A stretch of DNA of 64,000 nucleotides from an uncultured Candidatus Binatia bacterium (GTDB taxonomy: Bacteria; Desulfobacterota; Binatia; UBA9968; CAXXLF01), in contig OZ244621.1 in assembly GCA_965218425.1 (NCBI GenBank), forward strand, positions 3,520,001 to 3,584,000, written 5' to 3'. The notes beneath the pieces were generated by a model that saw only the letters and a program-made list of their open reading frames with translations, made no database searches and had not been told where the DNA came from. The translations under genes were made by a program, and so were the position numbers. This document shows positions 29,326 to 39,877 of this stretch, one piece after another (positions within the stretch are counted from its first letter, which is position 1; the number at the start of each line of letters is the position of its first letter).

Positions 29326-29742
29326 CCGGAAATATAGGATCCTCCGGCGGGTATTGTCAAGTTAAGCGGAATCCGCCCGTTTTGCGGTGGACTCTGCATC
29401 ATGCTGGGCAGGATCAGCGCAAATCCTTCAACATAAGAATCAACCTTTCGGGATCGGCTCTAATCTGATGCCGAGGTGTGATTACTTCTGGCTATGCGGG
29501 CGAAAAGGTCCAGATAATTTCGTTTCTCGTACGCTCTCCGAGAGGTGTGTTTGTCGGTGGCGGTAATTGATCGTTGATGACCGCGGCGACTTCACAATGG
29601 ATGATTCCATAGGCAAAATGGCCCCAAAACCATTAAAGAAGGGCTCAAATATTCGCGCAACAAAAGGATAGGAGGACCCAATGAGTGGACACGAGAAAGA
29701 ACTAATGATAAAGGTCGGGATGATCCATCGAACAAGGTCACG

Positions 29743-30912
29743 ATGATGAGAGAACCGCACAAGATCCTTGTGGTCGACGATGAGCCCGATCTCGAACAGC
29801 TCGTGCTCCAACGCATGCGTCGTGAAATTCGAGGCGGCCGCTATGCGTTCGTTTTCGCCCATAACGGGGTCGAGGCGCTTGATCGCTTGAACGAGGATCA
29901 GGAAATCGATATGGTCCTCTCGGATATCAACATGCCGGAGATGGACGGCCTCACGCTGCTTGAGCAAATCCCGACGGTCGATCCCAATGTCCGCTCCGTG
30001 GTCGTCTCGGCGTATGGCGACATGAGCAACATCCGCGCCGCGATGAACCGGGGCGCTTTCGACTTCATCACCAAGCCCATCGACTTCGATGATCTGCGGG
30101 TCACCATTGAGCGAACCCTTAGCCATCTCGCCCTGTGGCGGGAGGCTCTTGAATCGCGCGACAAGTTGACCGTGCTGAAAAACGAACTCGACTTGGCCAA
30201 CAAGATGCAGCAGTCGATCCTGCCGACCGAATTCCCCGGGAGCTCTGACTACCAGGTGTTCGCGAGCATGGAGCCGGCCCGCGACGTGGGCGGCGACTTT
30301 TTCGACGTTCTGAACTTGCCTGACGGTCGGATCGGCGTCGCGGTTGCCGATGTCTCGGGTAAGGGCGTGCCCGCCGCCCTTTTTATGATGTCGAGCTGCA
30401 CGCTGCTGAAAAGCGTCGCCTTCGTGCGGTCCGGGCCCGACGAGGTGCTGCGCGAGGTCAACCGTTTGATTGATGAGAGCAACAAAGCCTCGATGTTCGT
30501 CACCATTTTCTTTGCGATTTTCGACCCGGCGACGGGGGAGTTCGTTTACGCCAACGGCGGGCACAACCCCCCGCTTATCGTCCGCGCCGACGGCACCTCG
30601 ACGCTGCTTACCCTACCCCCCGGAATCGCCCTCGGCGTGACCCCCGATTTTGGGTATGAGAGGAGCACTGTGACCCTCTCGCCCGGCGATGCCGTCGTAA
30701 TCTATACCGACGGCGTGACCGAAGCCGAGAACGACAAGCACGAGCAGTTCGGGATCGAGCGCCTGCGCGAAGTTTTTGCGGATGCGCCGCCGAGCGACCC
30801 TCGGAAGGACAACACGGCGGTCTTTCAGGCGGTGAAGACTTTCGTGGGCGATAACCCTCAATTCGACGACATTACATGCCTTACACTTTACCGTAGCGGA
30901 CCGAACGGGTGA
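29743..30912 (+). CDS. Response-regulator receiver fused to PP2C/SpoIIE phosphatase (RsbU-like)
   Basis: VVDDE, SDINMP, FITKP; VGGDFFD, ADVSGKG, YTDGVTEA, FDDIT. Confidence 0.93.
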   Translation: MMREPHKILVVDDEPDLEQLVLQRMRREIRGGRYAFVFAHNGVEALDRLNEDQEIDMVLSDINMPEMDGLTLLEQIPTVDPNVRSVVVSAYGDMSNIRAAMNRGAFDFITKPIDFDDLRVTIERTLSHLALWREALESRDKLTVLKNELDLANKMQQSILPTEFPGSSDYQVFASMEPARDVGGDFFDVLNLPDGRIGVAVADVSGKGVPAALFMMSSCTLLKSVAFVRSGPDEVLREVNRLIDESNKASMFVTIFFAIFDPATGEFVYANGGHNPPLIVRADGTSTLLTLPPGIALGVTPDFGYERSTVTLSPGDAVVIYTDGVTEAENDKHEQFGIERLREVFADAPPSDPRKDNTAVFQAVKTFVGDNPQFDDITCLTLYRSGPNG

Positions 30913-31340
30913 GCGCGAAACTGTCCTTGCGCATGGGATCGGATCCCGATGAGATTGAGCGCATCCACGCGACCGTCGAGGCATTCGCGCAGGCGGAAGA
31001 CTGGCCGTCCGCTCTCGAGTTTCAGATCAAGCTCGTGCTTGAAGAAGTGGGGCTCAACATCATCAATCACGGGTACGATGATGAGAACCCTGATGTCGAC
31101 GGGCATGGGGTTGAGATCACGGTCGCCTCGGGCTCGGAGTCGGTTACCCTTGAGATCACGGACAAGGGTAGGCCGTTCGACCTGCTGACCGATGCCCCCC
31201 CGCCCGACCTCCAATCGGGCGTCGAAGACAGGTCTGTGGGCGGGCTGGGCATCCATCTGGTGCGGACAATGATGGATGAGGTGCGCTATCGGCGAGAAGG
31301 GAACATGAACCATCTGACTCTGGTCAAGCGGAGGAGTTGA
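30909..31340 (+). CDS. Anti-sigma factor kinase (RsbW-like)
   Basis: LEEVGLNIINHG, ITDKGRPFD, GGLGIHLVRTMMD. Confidence 0.9.
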   Translation: MSAKLSLRMGSDPDEIERIHATVEAFAQAEDWPSALEFQIKLVLEEVGLNIINHGYDDENPDVDGHGVEITVASGSESVTLEITDKGRPFDLLTDAPPPDLQSGVEDRSVGGLGIHLVRTMMDEVRYRREGNMNHLTLVKRRS

Positions 31341-32527
31341 TGGGGCGGACACTCCGAGCCCGCTGGGCGCTTGTGATTGCCTTCGTCGCGGTGCTCGGCC
31401 CGGCGGCGGAGGGCCGGACGGATGAGTCCTCGATTGCCGCCGATCGCATTGTTTTCGGCCAGTCCGCTGCCTTCAGCGGCCCCGCCAGGGATCTGGGCGA
31501 GAACATGCGGCTCGGGATCGAAGCCGCCTTCCACGCTGCGAATGAACGTGGCGGCGTCCATGGACGCCGACTTGAGCTTGTGTCCCTCGACGATGCGTAC
31601 GAGCCGGAAGCCGCCATAGCCAACACCCGCACGTTGATCTCGGAGGAAGGGGTCTTCGCGCTGATCGGCGCTGTCGGCACGCCGACTTCGCGCTCCGCAA
31701 CTCCGGTCGCCGCGGCCGCGGGAGTTCCCTATATTGCGCCGTTCACCGGCGCCCATTTTCTCCGCGAGGCGCGGTGGAAAAATATTATCAACCTGCGCGC
31801 CTCCTACTTTCAGGAGACTGAGAAAATGGTCGACCGCCTGATCCGGGACCTGGATATCGACCGTATAGCCGTGTTATATCAGGACGACACCTTCGGGCGG
31901 GCGGGCTACCTCGGCGTTCGCAGAGCACTTGAGCGGCGTGATTTGGAGCTAGCAGCCGTTGGGGTGTATCCGCGCAATACGACGGCGGTCAAAACGGCTC
32001 TACTTGAGGTGCGGAGCGGAAACCCCGAAGCGGTGATCCTTGTCGGCGCCTATCAGCCGGTGGCGACTCTGATCGCCTGGGCGCGGCAAACAGCGTTCGA
32101 TCCGGTCTTCATGACGATCTCGTTCGTGGGCAGCAATGCATTGATCCGCGAGCTTGGCCCCGCCGGTGCTGGGGTCTTCGTCACGCAGGTGGTCCCTTTC
32201 CCGACGGCGAACACCCCTCCCGTGGCGGCGGCTTACCGCCGGGACCTGGCCGCGTATGCGCCCAGCTCGATGCCGGGTTTCGTCTCCTTTGAAGGTTACC
32301 TGGCCGGACGTCTGGCCGTCTTGGCCCTTGATCTCTGCGGCCGGAAACTTGACCGTGCCTGTTTTCTCGACAGCCTGCGACGCAAAGAAACCATTGACCT
32401 CGACGGGTTCGATCTTCGCTATGGCGACAACGACAACCAGGGTTCGGACTCCGTCTTCCTCACCGTCATCGGCGATGACGGCCGCTATCATTCAATCGAG
32501 ACGCTACGGCGTCCGGCACAACCGTGA
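31340..32527 (+). CDS. Periplasmic binding protein, LivJ-like type I fold
   Basis: Signal peptide, GGVHGRRLELVSLDDAYEP, GAVGTPT, FEGYLAG. Confidence 0.88.
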   Translation: MGRTLRARWALVIAFVAVLGPAAEGRTDESSIAADRIVFGQSAAFSGPARDLGENMRLGIEAAFHAANERGGVHGRRLELVSLDDAYEPEAAIANTRTLISEEGVFALIGAVGTPTSRSATPVAAAAGVPYIAPFTGAHFLREARWKNIINLRASYFQETEKMVDRLIRDLDIDRIAVLYQDDTFGRAGYLGVRRALERRDLELAAVGVYPRNTTAVKTALLEVRSGNPEAVILVGAYQPVATLIAWARQTAFDPVFMTISFVGSNALIRELGPAGAGVFVTQVVPFPTANTPPVAAAYRRDLAAYAPSSMPGFVSFEGYLAGRLAVLALDLCGRKLDRACFLDSLRRKETIDLDGFDLRYGDNDNQGSDSVFLTVIGDDGRYHSIETLRRPAQP

Positions 32528-34719
32528 ACGCCCAACTCAAAGCCTTACTCGACAGACGCTACAAAATCTCGACGCAACTGTACTTGGGTATCGGTGGTGC
32601 CGTGGCCATCACCTTTGCCGCGAGTCTGGTCGGTTGGGTCTCATTCGACCGGGTGGGTGATGCCCAGCGCCGGGTAAACGAGGGGAGTCTACCGGCGTTG
32701 GCGGCTGCTTTCAGAGCCGCCCAGCAAAGCAGCGCTCTGGTGGCTGCCGCACCCGACCTAACCGTGGCCGCGACGCCGGAGGATCTGGCTAAAGTCGTCA
32801 GCAAAATCGCCGAGGATCGGAAGGCCTTCGAGGCGGAGTTGGCGTCATTGACGATACAAGGCGGCGAAGATGAGCGCTCCAGGCGCATCAAGGCAAGCGG
32901 GGACGCGCTGATGCCGAATATTGAAGCCATCCATGACACGGCGTTGATGCGCTTCGCACTGGCCGATCTGCGAGAGGCGAAGCGCGTCGAACTGTCATCA
33001 CTGCGCGACAAGTTAACCGATATTCTGGTGCCTGCAATCGACGATCAATTGTTCTTTGCAGTAACGGGCTATCGCAACCTCGGCGATGCGCCCGTGCCAC
33101 AGGCGGATCACTTGTCGGAAGAGGAATTCAACCGCTATCGCTACCTGGCCGAGTTACAGGTAGATGCCACCATCGGAACACAGCTTCTGGCAACCGCATT
33201 CAATATCTCGGACGCTCCCTTGCTTGAGCCGCTGCGGGAGCGTTTTGAAGCTACGGCCCATGGCATAGAGCGGCGTCTTTCCGCGCTTGGCGTAGCCCCA
33301 CTGCGCGGTAAACTCGCCCCTCTGTTTGCCAGGATGATCGAGTTGGGCATTGGGCCGGATGGGGGCTTTGATGTGCGCGCACGTGAGCTTGCGCTCAACC
33401 GGCGCCAGCAGGACCTGCTCGCGTATAATCGCGATCTCGCCACGGAGCTCCTAGCCGAGGTTGAAGGCTTGGTGAGCACGGCCGGCGCGAGTGCGGAGGA
33501 AGCCGCCCTTGCCTCTAGCCGGGCCATCCTCACCGGGCGTAATCTCCTGCTTGCGTTGAGCGCAGTCAGCGTCGTAGGGGCGGTGTTGATCGCCTGGCTG
33601 TTCGTCGGACGGGTGCTGTTGCGCCGGCTTGGACGGCTGTCGGATAGGATGCAACGCATGGCCGCGGGAGACCTCGAGGCAAAGGTCGAGATCGACGGAC
33701 GCGATGAAGTCGCGGAGATGGCCGTTGCACTTGAACACTTCCGCCGCAACGCTTTGGAGGTGCAGCGCCTGAACCTGGTGGAAAAGCTGGCTGAAGAGCT
33801 CAAAGGCAAGAATGACGAGCTCGAGAACGCTCTGGCCAACCTGGGACGAGCCCAGGACCAGATCGTCATGCGCGAGAAACTGGCGGCGCTTGGCGAGTTG
33901 ACCGCGGGCGTTGCTCACGAGATCAAAAACCCGCTGAACTTCGTTAAGAACTTCTCGGAAGTCTCGGAGGAACTGCTCGAAGAACTCCTGGAGGAGTTGC
34001 AGGGAGCTCTCGGTGAGAGCGGTGAGAAAGACGAGAAGCGGCGGGAGTTGATCCACGAGATCGCCGGCGATCTAACTGATAACCTCAAGCGCATCCGGGA
34101 ACACGGCGAACGGGCCAATCGTATCGTACACAGCATGCTCATGATGGGCAGGGGCTCGGGCGAGCGGCAGTCGACGGACATTAATCCGCTGCTCGAAGAA
34201 CACGCGCGGCTCGCCTACCACAGCGCCCGGGCGACCGACTCGGATTTCAACCTCACCATCAAGGAGGACTACGGTCCACAGATGGTGTGCGATGTCATTC
34301 CGCAAGACCTGGGTCGCGTCTTTCTGAACATGGTGGGCAACGCCTGCCACGCCACCGACGAGAAGCGGCGCGCCATCAAGGCGGGCAGAGGAGAGATCGG
34401 CGGCGATCCTGCCCCCGCCGAAAAACGAAGGACACCCGGCTATGAGCCTACCTTGAGCCTTGTTACCCGGTCCACGCCGGATCTTGTCGAGGTCCGCATT
34501 CGTGACAACGGAAGCGGGATTCCGGCCGATGTCATTGACAAAATATTCAACCCGTTCTTCACAACCAAGCCGACGGAACAAGGCACTGGACTCGGGCTTG
34601 CCATTTCCAATGATATCGTGCGTGGGCACGGGGGAAGCATACGGGTCGAATCCGAGCCGGGTGCATTTACCGAGATGATCATCGAGTTGCCCCGGGCCGC
34701 TCCCCCCGTGCAACCGTGA
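32524..34719 (+). CDS. Sensor histidine kinase with TorS-like periplasmic domain and HAMP
   Basis: Two TM helices, HAMP, AHEIKNPLN, DNGSGI, FFTTKP, GTGLGL. Confidence 0.92.
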   Translation: MNAQLKALLDRRYKISTQLYLGIGGAVAITFAASLVGWVSFDRVGDAQRRVNEGSLPALAAAFRAAQQSSALVAAAPDLTVAATPEDLAKVVSKIAEDRKAFEAELASLTIQGGEDERSRRIKASGDALMPNIEAIHDTALMRFALADLREAKRVELSSLRDKLTDILVPAIDDQLFFAVTGYRNLGDAPVPQADHLSEEEFNRYRYLAELQVDATIGTQLLATAFNISDAPLLEPLRERFEATAHGIERRLSALGVAPLRGKLAPLFARMIELGIGPDGGFDVRARELALNRRQQDLLAYNRDLATELLAEVEGLVSTAGASAEEAALASSRAILTGRNLLLALSAVSVVGAVLIAWLFVGRVLLRRLGRLSDRMQRMAAGDLEAKVEIDGRDEVAEMAVALEHFRRNALEVQRLNLVEKLAEELKGKNDELENALANLGRAQDQIVMREKLAALGELTAGVAHEIKNPLNFVKNFSEVSEELLEELLEELQGALGESGEKDEKRRELIHEIAGDLTDNLKRIREHGERANRIVHSMLMMGRGSGERQSTDINPLLEEHARLAYHSARATDSDFNLTIKEDYGPQMVCDVIPQDLGRVFLNMVGNACHATDEKRRAIKAGRGEIGGDPAPAEKRRTPGYEPTLSLVTRSTPDLVEVRIRDNGSGIPADVIDKIFNPFFTTKPTEQGTGLGLAISNDIVRGHGGSIRVESEPGAFTEMIIELPRAAPPVQP

Positions 34720-34837
34720 ACGTTTCCATCGGTAACTGACCGGCAAAGTCCGAAACAGAACCAACAGGCGCTTTAGTCACACAAACTTTGCCGCACTCAT
34801 CACGAGCCCGTCGAACGAGGCAAACTATCTGAAACAG

Positions 34838-35176
34838 TTAGCCGCCGATCGCGGCGAGTGCCTCTGCCTTGAAACCATAGATCTGGATTACATTGTCGAA
34901 GCCGCTGATCTTGAAGATCTCCAGGATCTGATCCGAGAGGGAGCAAAGCGCGAACTTGGCATTCTGGCGCCCGAGGTTTTTGGCGGTCAAAAGGATGGCG
35001 CGAAGACCCGCGCTGCTGATGTACGAAAGATCCTCCAAATCGAGGATCACGGCATGATCGCTCTTCTCGATCGCGGTTCTGACCGCCTCCTCGAACTCAA
35101 AAGCATTGGTGCCATCAATGCGTCCGCTCACTCGGGCACACAATACGCCATCTTGCCGCTCAGTCGTCAAATCCAT
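34838..35176 (-). CDS. STAS anti-anti-sigma factor (RsbV-like)
   Basis: SGRID, LDLEDLSYISSAGLR. Confidence 0.92.
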   Translation of the reverse strand: MDLTTERQDGVLCARVSGRIDGTNAFEFEEAVRTAIEKSDHAVILDLEDLSYISSAGLRAILLTAKNLGRQNAKFALCSLSDQILEIFKISGFDNVIQIYGFKAEALAAIGG

Positions 35177-35256
35177 AGCTTCTCCTCCAAGGTCATGTTA
35201 GTGCCACTCATATGTCTCCCATGTCCGGTTTTGTAGCATCGAATCGTATCCGGTAT

Positions 35257-36648
35257 TCACTCGTCGGGCTCCGGCATCAAAACAAATTCGGGGTAGGCTT
35301 CGATGCCCAGTTCCCCCACGTCTTGACCCATAGCTTCAATGGCCAGCGGGACGCGGGCTCCCATCGTCATATCAATGATCAGCCACGTTAGCGCGGTGAC
35401 GCTGAGCACGAAGACCCCGATGACCAAAATGCCGAGCATCTGCACCCACAGGTTGCCGCCGGCCGCAATGCAGACTGCGAGCGTCCCCCAGACACCGGAA
35501 AAAAGGTGGGCTGGAATCGCGCCGACCACGTCGTCGATCTTGAGGCGCTCCAAGACCTTCAAGCCGGCGACCGATATCACGCCGCCGCCCGCGCCGATAA
35601 CGACGGCCCAATAGTGCTCAACGATGTTAGGCCCGGCGGTGATCGCAACCAAGCCGGCGATAGCACCGTTCAGGCCGGCGAGTAGATCAACGCGCCCCAA
35701 AATAGGCCGCGACAAGCAGATGGCGGCCATGACTCCCGCAGCCGCGGCAAGATTGGTGTTGACAATGATGTTGCTGATCATCACCGCGTCGACGGCGCCG
35801 CTCAGGGTGAGTTGCGATCCCCCGTTGAAACCGAACCAACCGAGCCAGAGAATGAAAATACCCAGAGTCACGGCGGGCACGTTCGACGGCGGTGTCGGCC
35901 TGATACTTCCATCTTTGCGGAACTTGCCCTGCCGCGGTCCGACGACAAGCGCACCGGTGAGCGCGGCCCAGCCGCCAGTTGAGTGAACGATGGTAGATCC
36001 AGCGAAGTCTTGGAAACCCAGCGCGGCGAGCCAGCCGCCACCCCACGTCCAGGCGCCGACGATCGGATAAATAATTGCCGTCAGCACCGCGGTGAAGACG
36101 AAGAAGGACCAAAGCTTCGCCCGCTCGGCCAGGGTGCCGGACACGATCGAGGCGGTCGTCGCTACAAACACCATCTGGAAAAACCAAGCAGACATCGTGG
36201 CAGAGCCCTGCTTGACAACTGCGGTACGGGCGGGCTCCCCGCCATTTAAGAGCGCGATTTCGTCTCCGGTTGTCCCGTACAGGAACGTGAACGATCCGAA
36301 CCAGCCGCCAGGGGCGACGCCGACATACATGATGTTGTAGCCGATCAGGTAGAACGTCAGCCCGGCGATGGAATAGAGACCGATGTTCTTCAGGCAGATC
36401 ACCGACGCGTTCTTGGTGCGCACGGATCCGGCCTCAAGCATGGTGAAGCCCGCGCACATCCACATCACCAGCGCGCCCCAAACGAGGAACGAAAAGCTGT
36501 TCAGAACGAATTGCGTTTCGCCGTCGATGGCCGCGTGCGCCTGCGACGGGCAAAGCGCTAGAACAAAGATGGCCGCGATGCCACCGAAGCCAACTGCGCG
36601 GCGGTACTGTGCGTTGCGAGCAAAAGGGTCATTTCGATCGTTATGCAC
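35257..36648 (-). CDS. amt: Ammonium transporter Amt
   Basis: AGFTMLEAG, FQMVF, DFAGSTIVHSTGG, WFGFNGGS, IDDVVGAIPAH; GTG after GGAGG. Confidence 0.93.
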   Translation of the reverse strand: MHNDRNDPFARNAQYRRAVGFGGIAAIFVLALCPSQAHAAIDGETQFVLNSFSFLVWGALVMWMCAGFTMLEAGSVRTKNASVICLKNIGLYSIAGLTFYLIGYNIMYVGVAPGGWFGSFTFLYGTTGDEIALLNGGEPARTAVVKQGSATMSAWFFQMVFVATTASIVSGTLAERAKLWSFFVFTAVLTAIIYPIVGAWTWGGGWLAALGFQDFAGSTIVHSTGGWAALTGALVVGPRQGKFRKDGSIRPTPPSNVPAVTLGIFILWLGWFGFNGGSQLTLSGAVDAVMISNIIVNTNLAAAAGVMAAICLSRPILGRVDLLAGLNGAIAGLVAITAGPNIVEHYWAVVIGAGGGVISVAGLKVLERLKIDDVVGAIPAHLFSGVWGTLAVCIAAGGNLWVQMLGILVIGVFVLSVTALTWLIIDMTMGARVPLAIEAMGQDVGELGIEAYPEFVLMPEPDE

Positions 36649-36989
36649 TTTTTTTATACCTCCTGCATTGTTGATGTTCCCGTATGATCTGGAGGCAGAG
36701 CTCAGCAGCAAACGCCGCGGCGAAAAGCCACCTCCTGTTGGCTACCCTATCAGTTCATTAATAACCCATCTTACTTGAAACGTCGATAGTTCTATCGCAA
36801 ATTCCACTACGAGCCAACTAACCGGATGTGCCAGCCACAGTTATCCTGTGGCTATCAGAGGATCTTTCAGCTTGAATTTGACAGGCGGAGCCCCAGCCCG
36901 TATTTCACCCACGGGCTAAAGCATCTTTGCTTCCGTCGTCTTCAAGGAATTCTCCCCCGTTGTCCCTACGACCAGGCGGGGGGCGCCGA

Positions 36990-37160
36990 TGCCATCGCCC
37001 CAATCCGCCGGTTGGCGGGCCGTCCGCAAGGATGCCGGCCTCGGTATGATGCGATTCACGACCTCCGCCACACCATGGCCAGCCAAGCCGTTATGTCGGG
37101 CGAGAACCTGCCCCTGGTCGGAAAGCTGCTCGGGCACCGCCAGCATCGAGCGCGGTCGAT
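36990..37160 (+). pseudogene. Tyrosine recombinase/integrase C-terminal remnant
   Basis: IHDLRHTMASQAVMSGENLPLVGKLLGH. Confidence 0.8.
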
Positions 37161-37451
37161 GCACGCCCCTTTCAGGGGTTTTTCATGGTTTGAACTGTTC
37201 TACCCGGGATGAAGCTATTGTGAGTAAAGGTGACAAGTGTAACACGGCACCATGCGAACAGGAAACCAGTGACAGGCGCGTCGCCATCGGCCCGCCGGAT
37301 GCGCGGCGGGCGTTACCGCTCAAGCGCCGCTCGGGCTAACCTTTGGAAACACAACGGCCTGCACCCCCCGAGTAGTTGAGTGGAACGGAAGCACGATGCG
37401 GACGCCGGTCGGCGTTTGGTTCTCATACCCAACACCGGGAGCGATGGAGGC

Positions 37452-37900
37452 TCATCGTGGTGTCGGCAAGTCCTTGTGGATGCAGTTACCGAAGCATCTC
37501 CACGCCTCATTGAGCGGGTGAATTCCCTGGTCGTACAGACCGCATCCGAGGAAAGAGGCCGTGGCGATACGCAATTCGGCATTAGGACTGTGCGGAAGGG
37601 TACGGAGCAAATCGCGAAGTTTCCGACTTCCAGGATCGTGGTTTACGAACGCGAGGAGGAGAAACGGCGGATCGTTACTGAAACCCGCTAAATCTTTACC
37701 GCGGTTGATAAGCCCTAGGGACCGCTTTTGGTTGAAGACGCGTACCGTTTCTTCCCTAACTTTGCTCAGTTTGTCGGGGTCTCCCGCATATTGGTTCACA
37801 TCCTTGATGGGGGCATGGAGTCCCACGGCGCCGTTTAGTGCCCCGTCACCGTGTTTCACCTCGACGAAAACGAGTCGCCGATGGAAAACATATCCGGTCA
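37452..37900 (-). pseudogene. Hypothetical protein C-terminal fragment, possibly PD-(D/E)xK-like
   Basis: RLVFVEVK.GDGAL; no clear start or N-terminal half. Confidence 0.35.
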
Positions 37901-38174
37901 ATTTCCACAGCTTCTCAGTCCGTCACCCACTTTCGGCTATAGCTCACTGAACTTTCGGCCGGCCGCTTTTCTGGACCTGTGACGCGGAACCACAGCGACC
38001 GCCGTCACCGTGAACGGACAGGCGTCGTCCCGCTCTTCCAGCGGCGCTCTGGAACACCGCCCGTCGCCGGATCACCAAACACAAAACCGAGGCGAAACCC
38101 TGCTCCCGGACCACCGCAGCGAACACCGTCGGCGCTACACGAAATAGTGAGTTGCAAAGGTCGGAATCAGGCTA

Positions 38175-39453
38175 TTAGAAAGCGACTCCGACGGAAAGCG
38201 CGCCGAAAAGTCCGAACGCATCCTGATAGTCCAGTCGGGCCGGATCATGGACGGCGTTGTCTCCAAATCCGTCTCCCTCGTTCCCATAACGCACTCTCGG
38301 AGTATGAGACAGATATTCGATTCCGGCTCCAAGACGAACGGTTATTCTCTCATGAACCATGACTCTCAGCGACGTTTCAAAACGGAATGTCATGGCGACC
38401 CGAGAATCGTCTAGTTCCAAATCGGTCCTCGTGTCTATATTTGCCGACGACAAAACAGTTCTCTGGCGCCCCCTGTATTTGGAATCAAGGCGATAAACCC
38501 CGACGTCGCCGGCAGCGGAGAAGGTCCAGCGTCCCTCGATCGGAATGTCGAGGCGGCTGCCGACAACGATTCCGTAATAGTAGGCTTGCAGGCGTTCTCC
38601 CAGAGTCATGTAATTCTGGTCCGGCGTTCGGTTGGTCGTTTCATACGAAAAAATATTTGAACGCTGATCCAAATTCTTGAAGCTCGGACCGGCGAAAAGA
38701 GACATTTTGCTTTCTCCGTCCGGATCGAGGAGAATCCCGCCTACGAAATCGCCTCCCCGAAATTTCACCTCTCTTTTGGTGCGTATGCGGATGGCGTCGC
38801 CCCAGGCAAAATTGGGAGTATGTTCAAGCGCCGATCCGTCTATGGCGCCGATCCAGCCGGCGAACCTGAGGCCCTCCTCCAAGTCTGATGGCCTCGATCA
38901 CTTCGTTTAGCCTCGTCTTATCGTCGAAGATGATCTCTCTCCGTCTCTCTCTCTCGGCGTCCGACAACCTCCTCAACTCTTCCACAGTCAAGCCGAATTG
39001 CTCCGCTTCCAGCGCGTCCCATAGTTCGCTCGTTCGCTCGTACTCGTTGACATGCCTGGAGCTGTGGGACGCGATAAAGCCGCGCGCTTCGGCGAAGAGG
39101 ATACGCCCGACGGCGTTGTATTCTCCGCCAATCGTCAGGCGAACCAGAGGGCCGGCGCGGTGCGATGCGTCGTAGTGATCGAGGAAGCCCGTCAACTCCT
39201 CATTGGAGTCCGTCTCGATGAACGGGCTCGATTCCGGCAGGCTGAGAAAGAAGACGCCGATGTCGGTCCGGAAATACATCTTGTTCGCAGCATCCACCGC
39301 CGCGCCGTCCTCTTGAGAATGGGCACAAAGCGGAAGCATCACGGCGAATAATACCGCAAGGCATACCTCAAGCGTACGAAGCAGACCGCCGGCAGTCGAT
39401 CCGTTCGTCCGAGCACACGATTCGACAATTGTCACGGTGCAACGTTGCGTCAT
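38175..39453 (-). pseudogene. Outer-membrane beta-barrel-like protein split by a frameshift near 38885
   Basis: ORF 38824..39453 has a signal peptide; overlapping ORF 38175..38882 has amphipathic strands ending in VGVAF. Confidence 0.65.
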
Positions 39454-39718
39454 CCGACCTTCCCCCTTTGGCTTGCCCAGCGTGACACTAAGGCGCCGGA
39501 AAAGCGTCTGTCAAGGTGAAACTCGCCTGCCGACAGGATCATCTCATTCTGACGGTATTGAGATGTCGGTGACAACTTCTCTCGTGATCGGCATCTTGCA
39601 TAGGCCACCGCCGTTCTCTCGTAACGGATGCAACCGGCCGATGGGCCGGCTGCGAATCTTTTCTCCGAGCTCGGCGGAAAACGATTTGATTGCAGATCCA
39701 TCATGAACAGGTTAATGT

Positions 39719-39734
39719 GAGACCTCTGCATAAC
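39719..39734 (+). repeat. Solo copy of the IS5-MITE terminal repeat GAGACCTCTGCATAAC
   Basis: Identical 16-mer to 17136-17151. Confidence 0.75.
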
Positions 39735-39769
39735 GTGCCAAAGGCGTTTGGACGGGACATTCTCCATTC

Positions 39770-39819
39770 GTCCTGAGCCCTTCGACAAGCTCAGGACAGG
39801 CGTAGCGAAATCGAAGGAC
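39770..39819. repeat. Nested REP-like palindromes
   Basis: GTCCTGAG[CCCTTCGACAAGCTCAGGACAGG]CGTAGCGAAATCGAAGGAC. Confidence 0.65.
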
Positions 39820-39877
39820 CACATTTCCGCAGGAAAGATTGCGCAAGAGATCATGGAGGGCTAAGGAGCCGCGACTT

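Noticed and set aside
36650..36830. sigma54 promoter upstream of amt
   Set aside because: The TGGC and TTGC elements present do not have -24/-12 spacing
38934..38955. (AG)n tract as a phase-variation cause of the barrel-gene frameshift
   Set aside because: The downstream frame has a TGA between the tract and the second ORF, so slippage in the tract would not restore the gene
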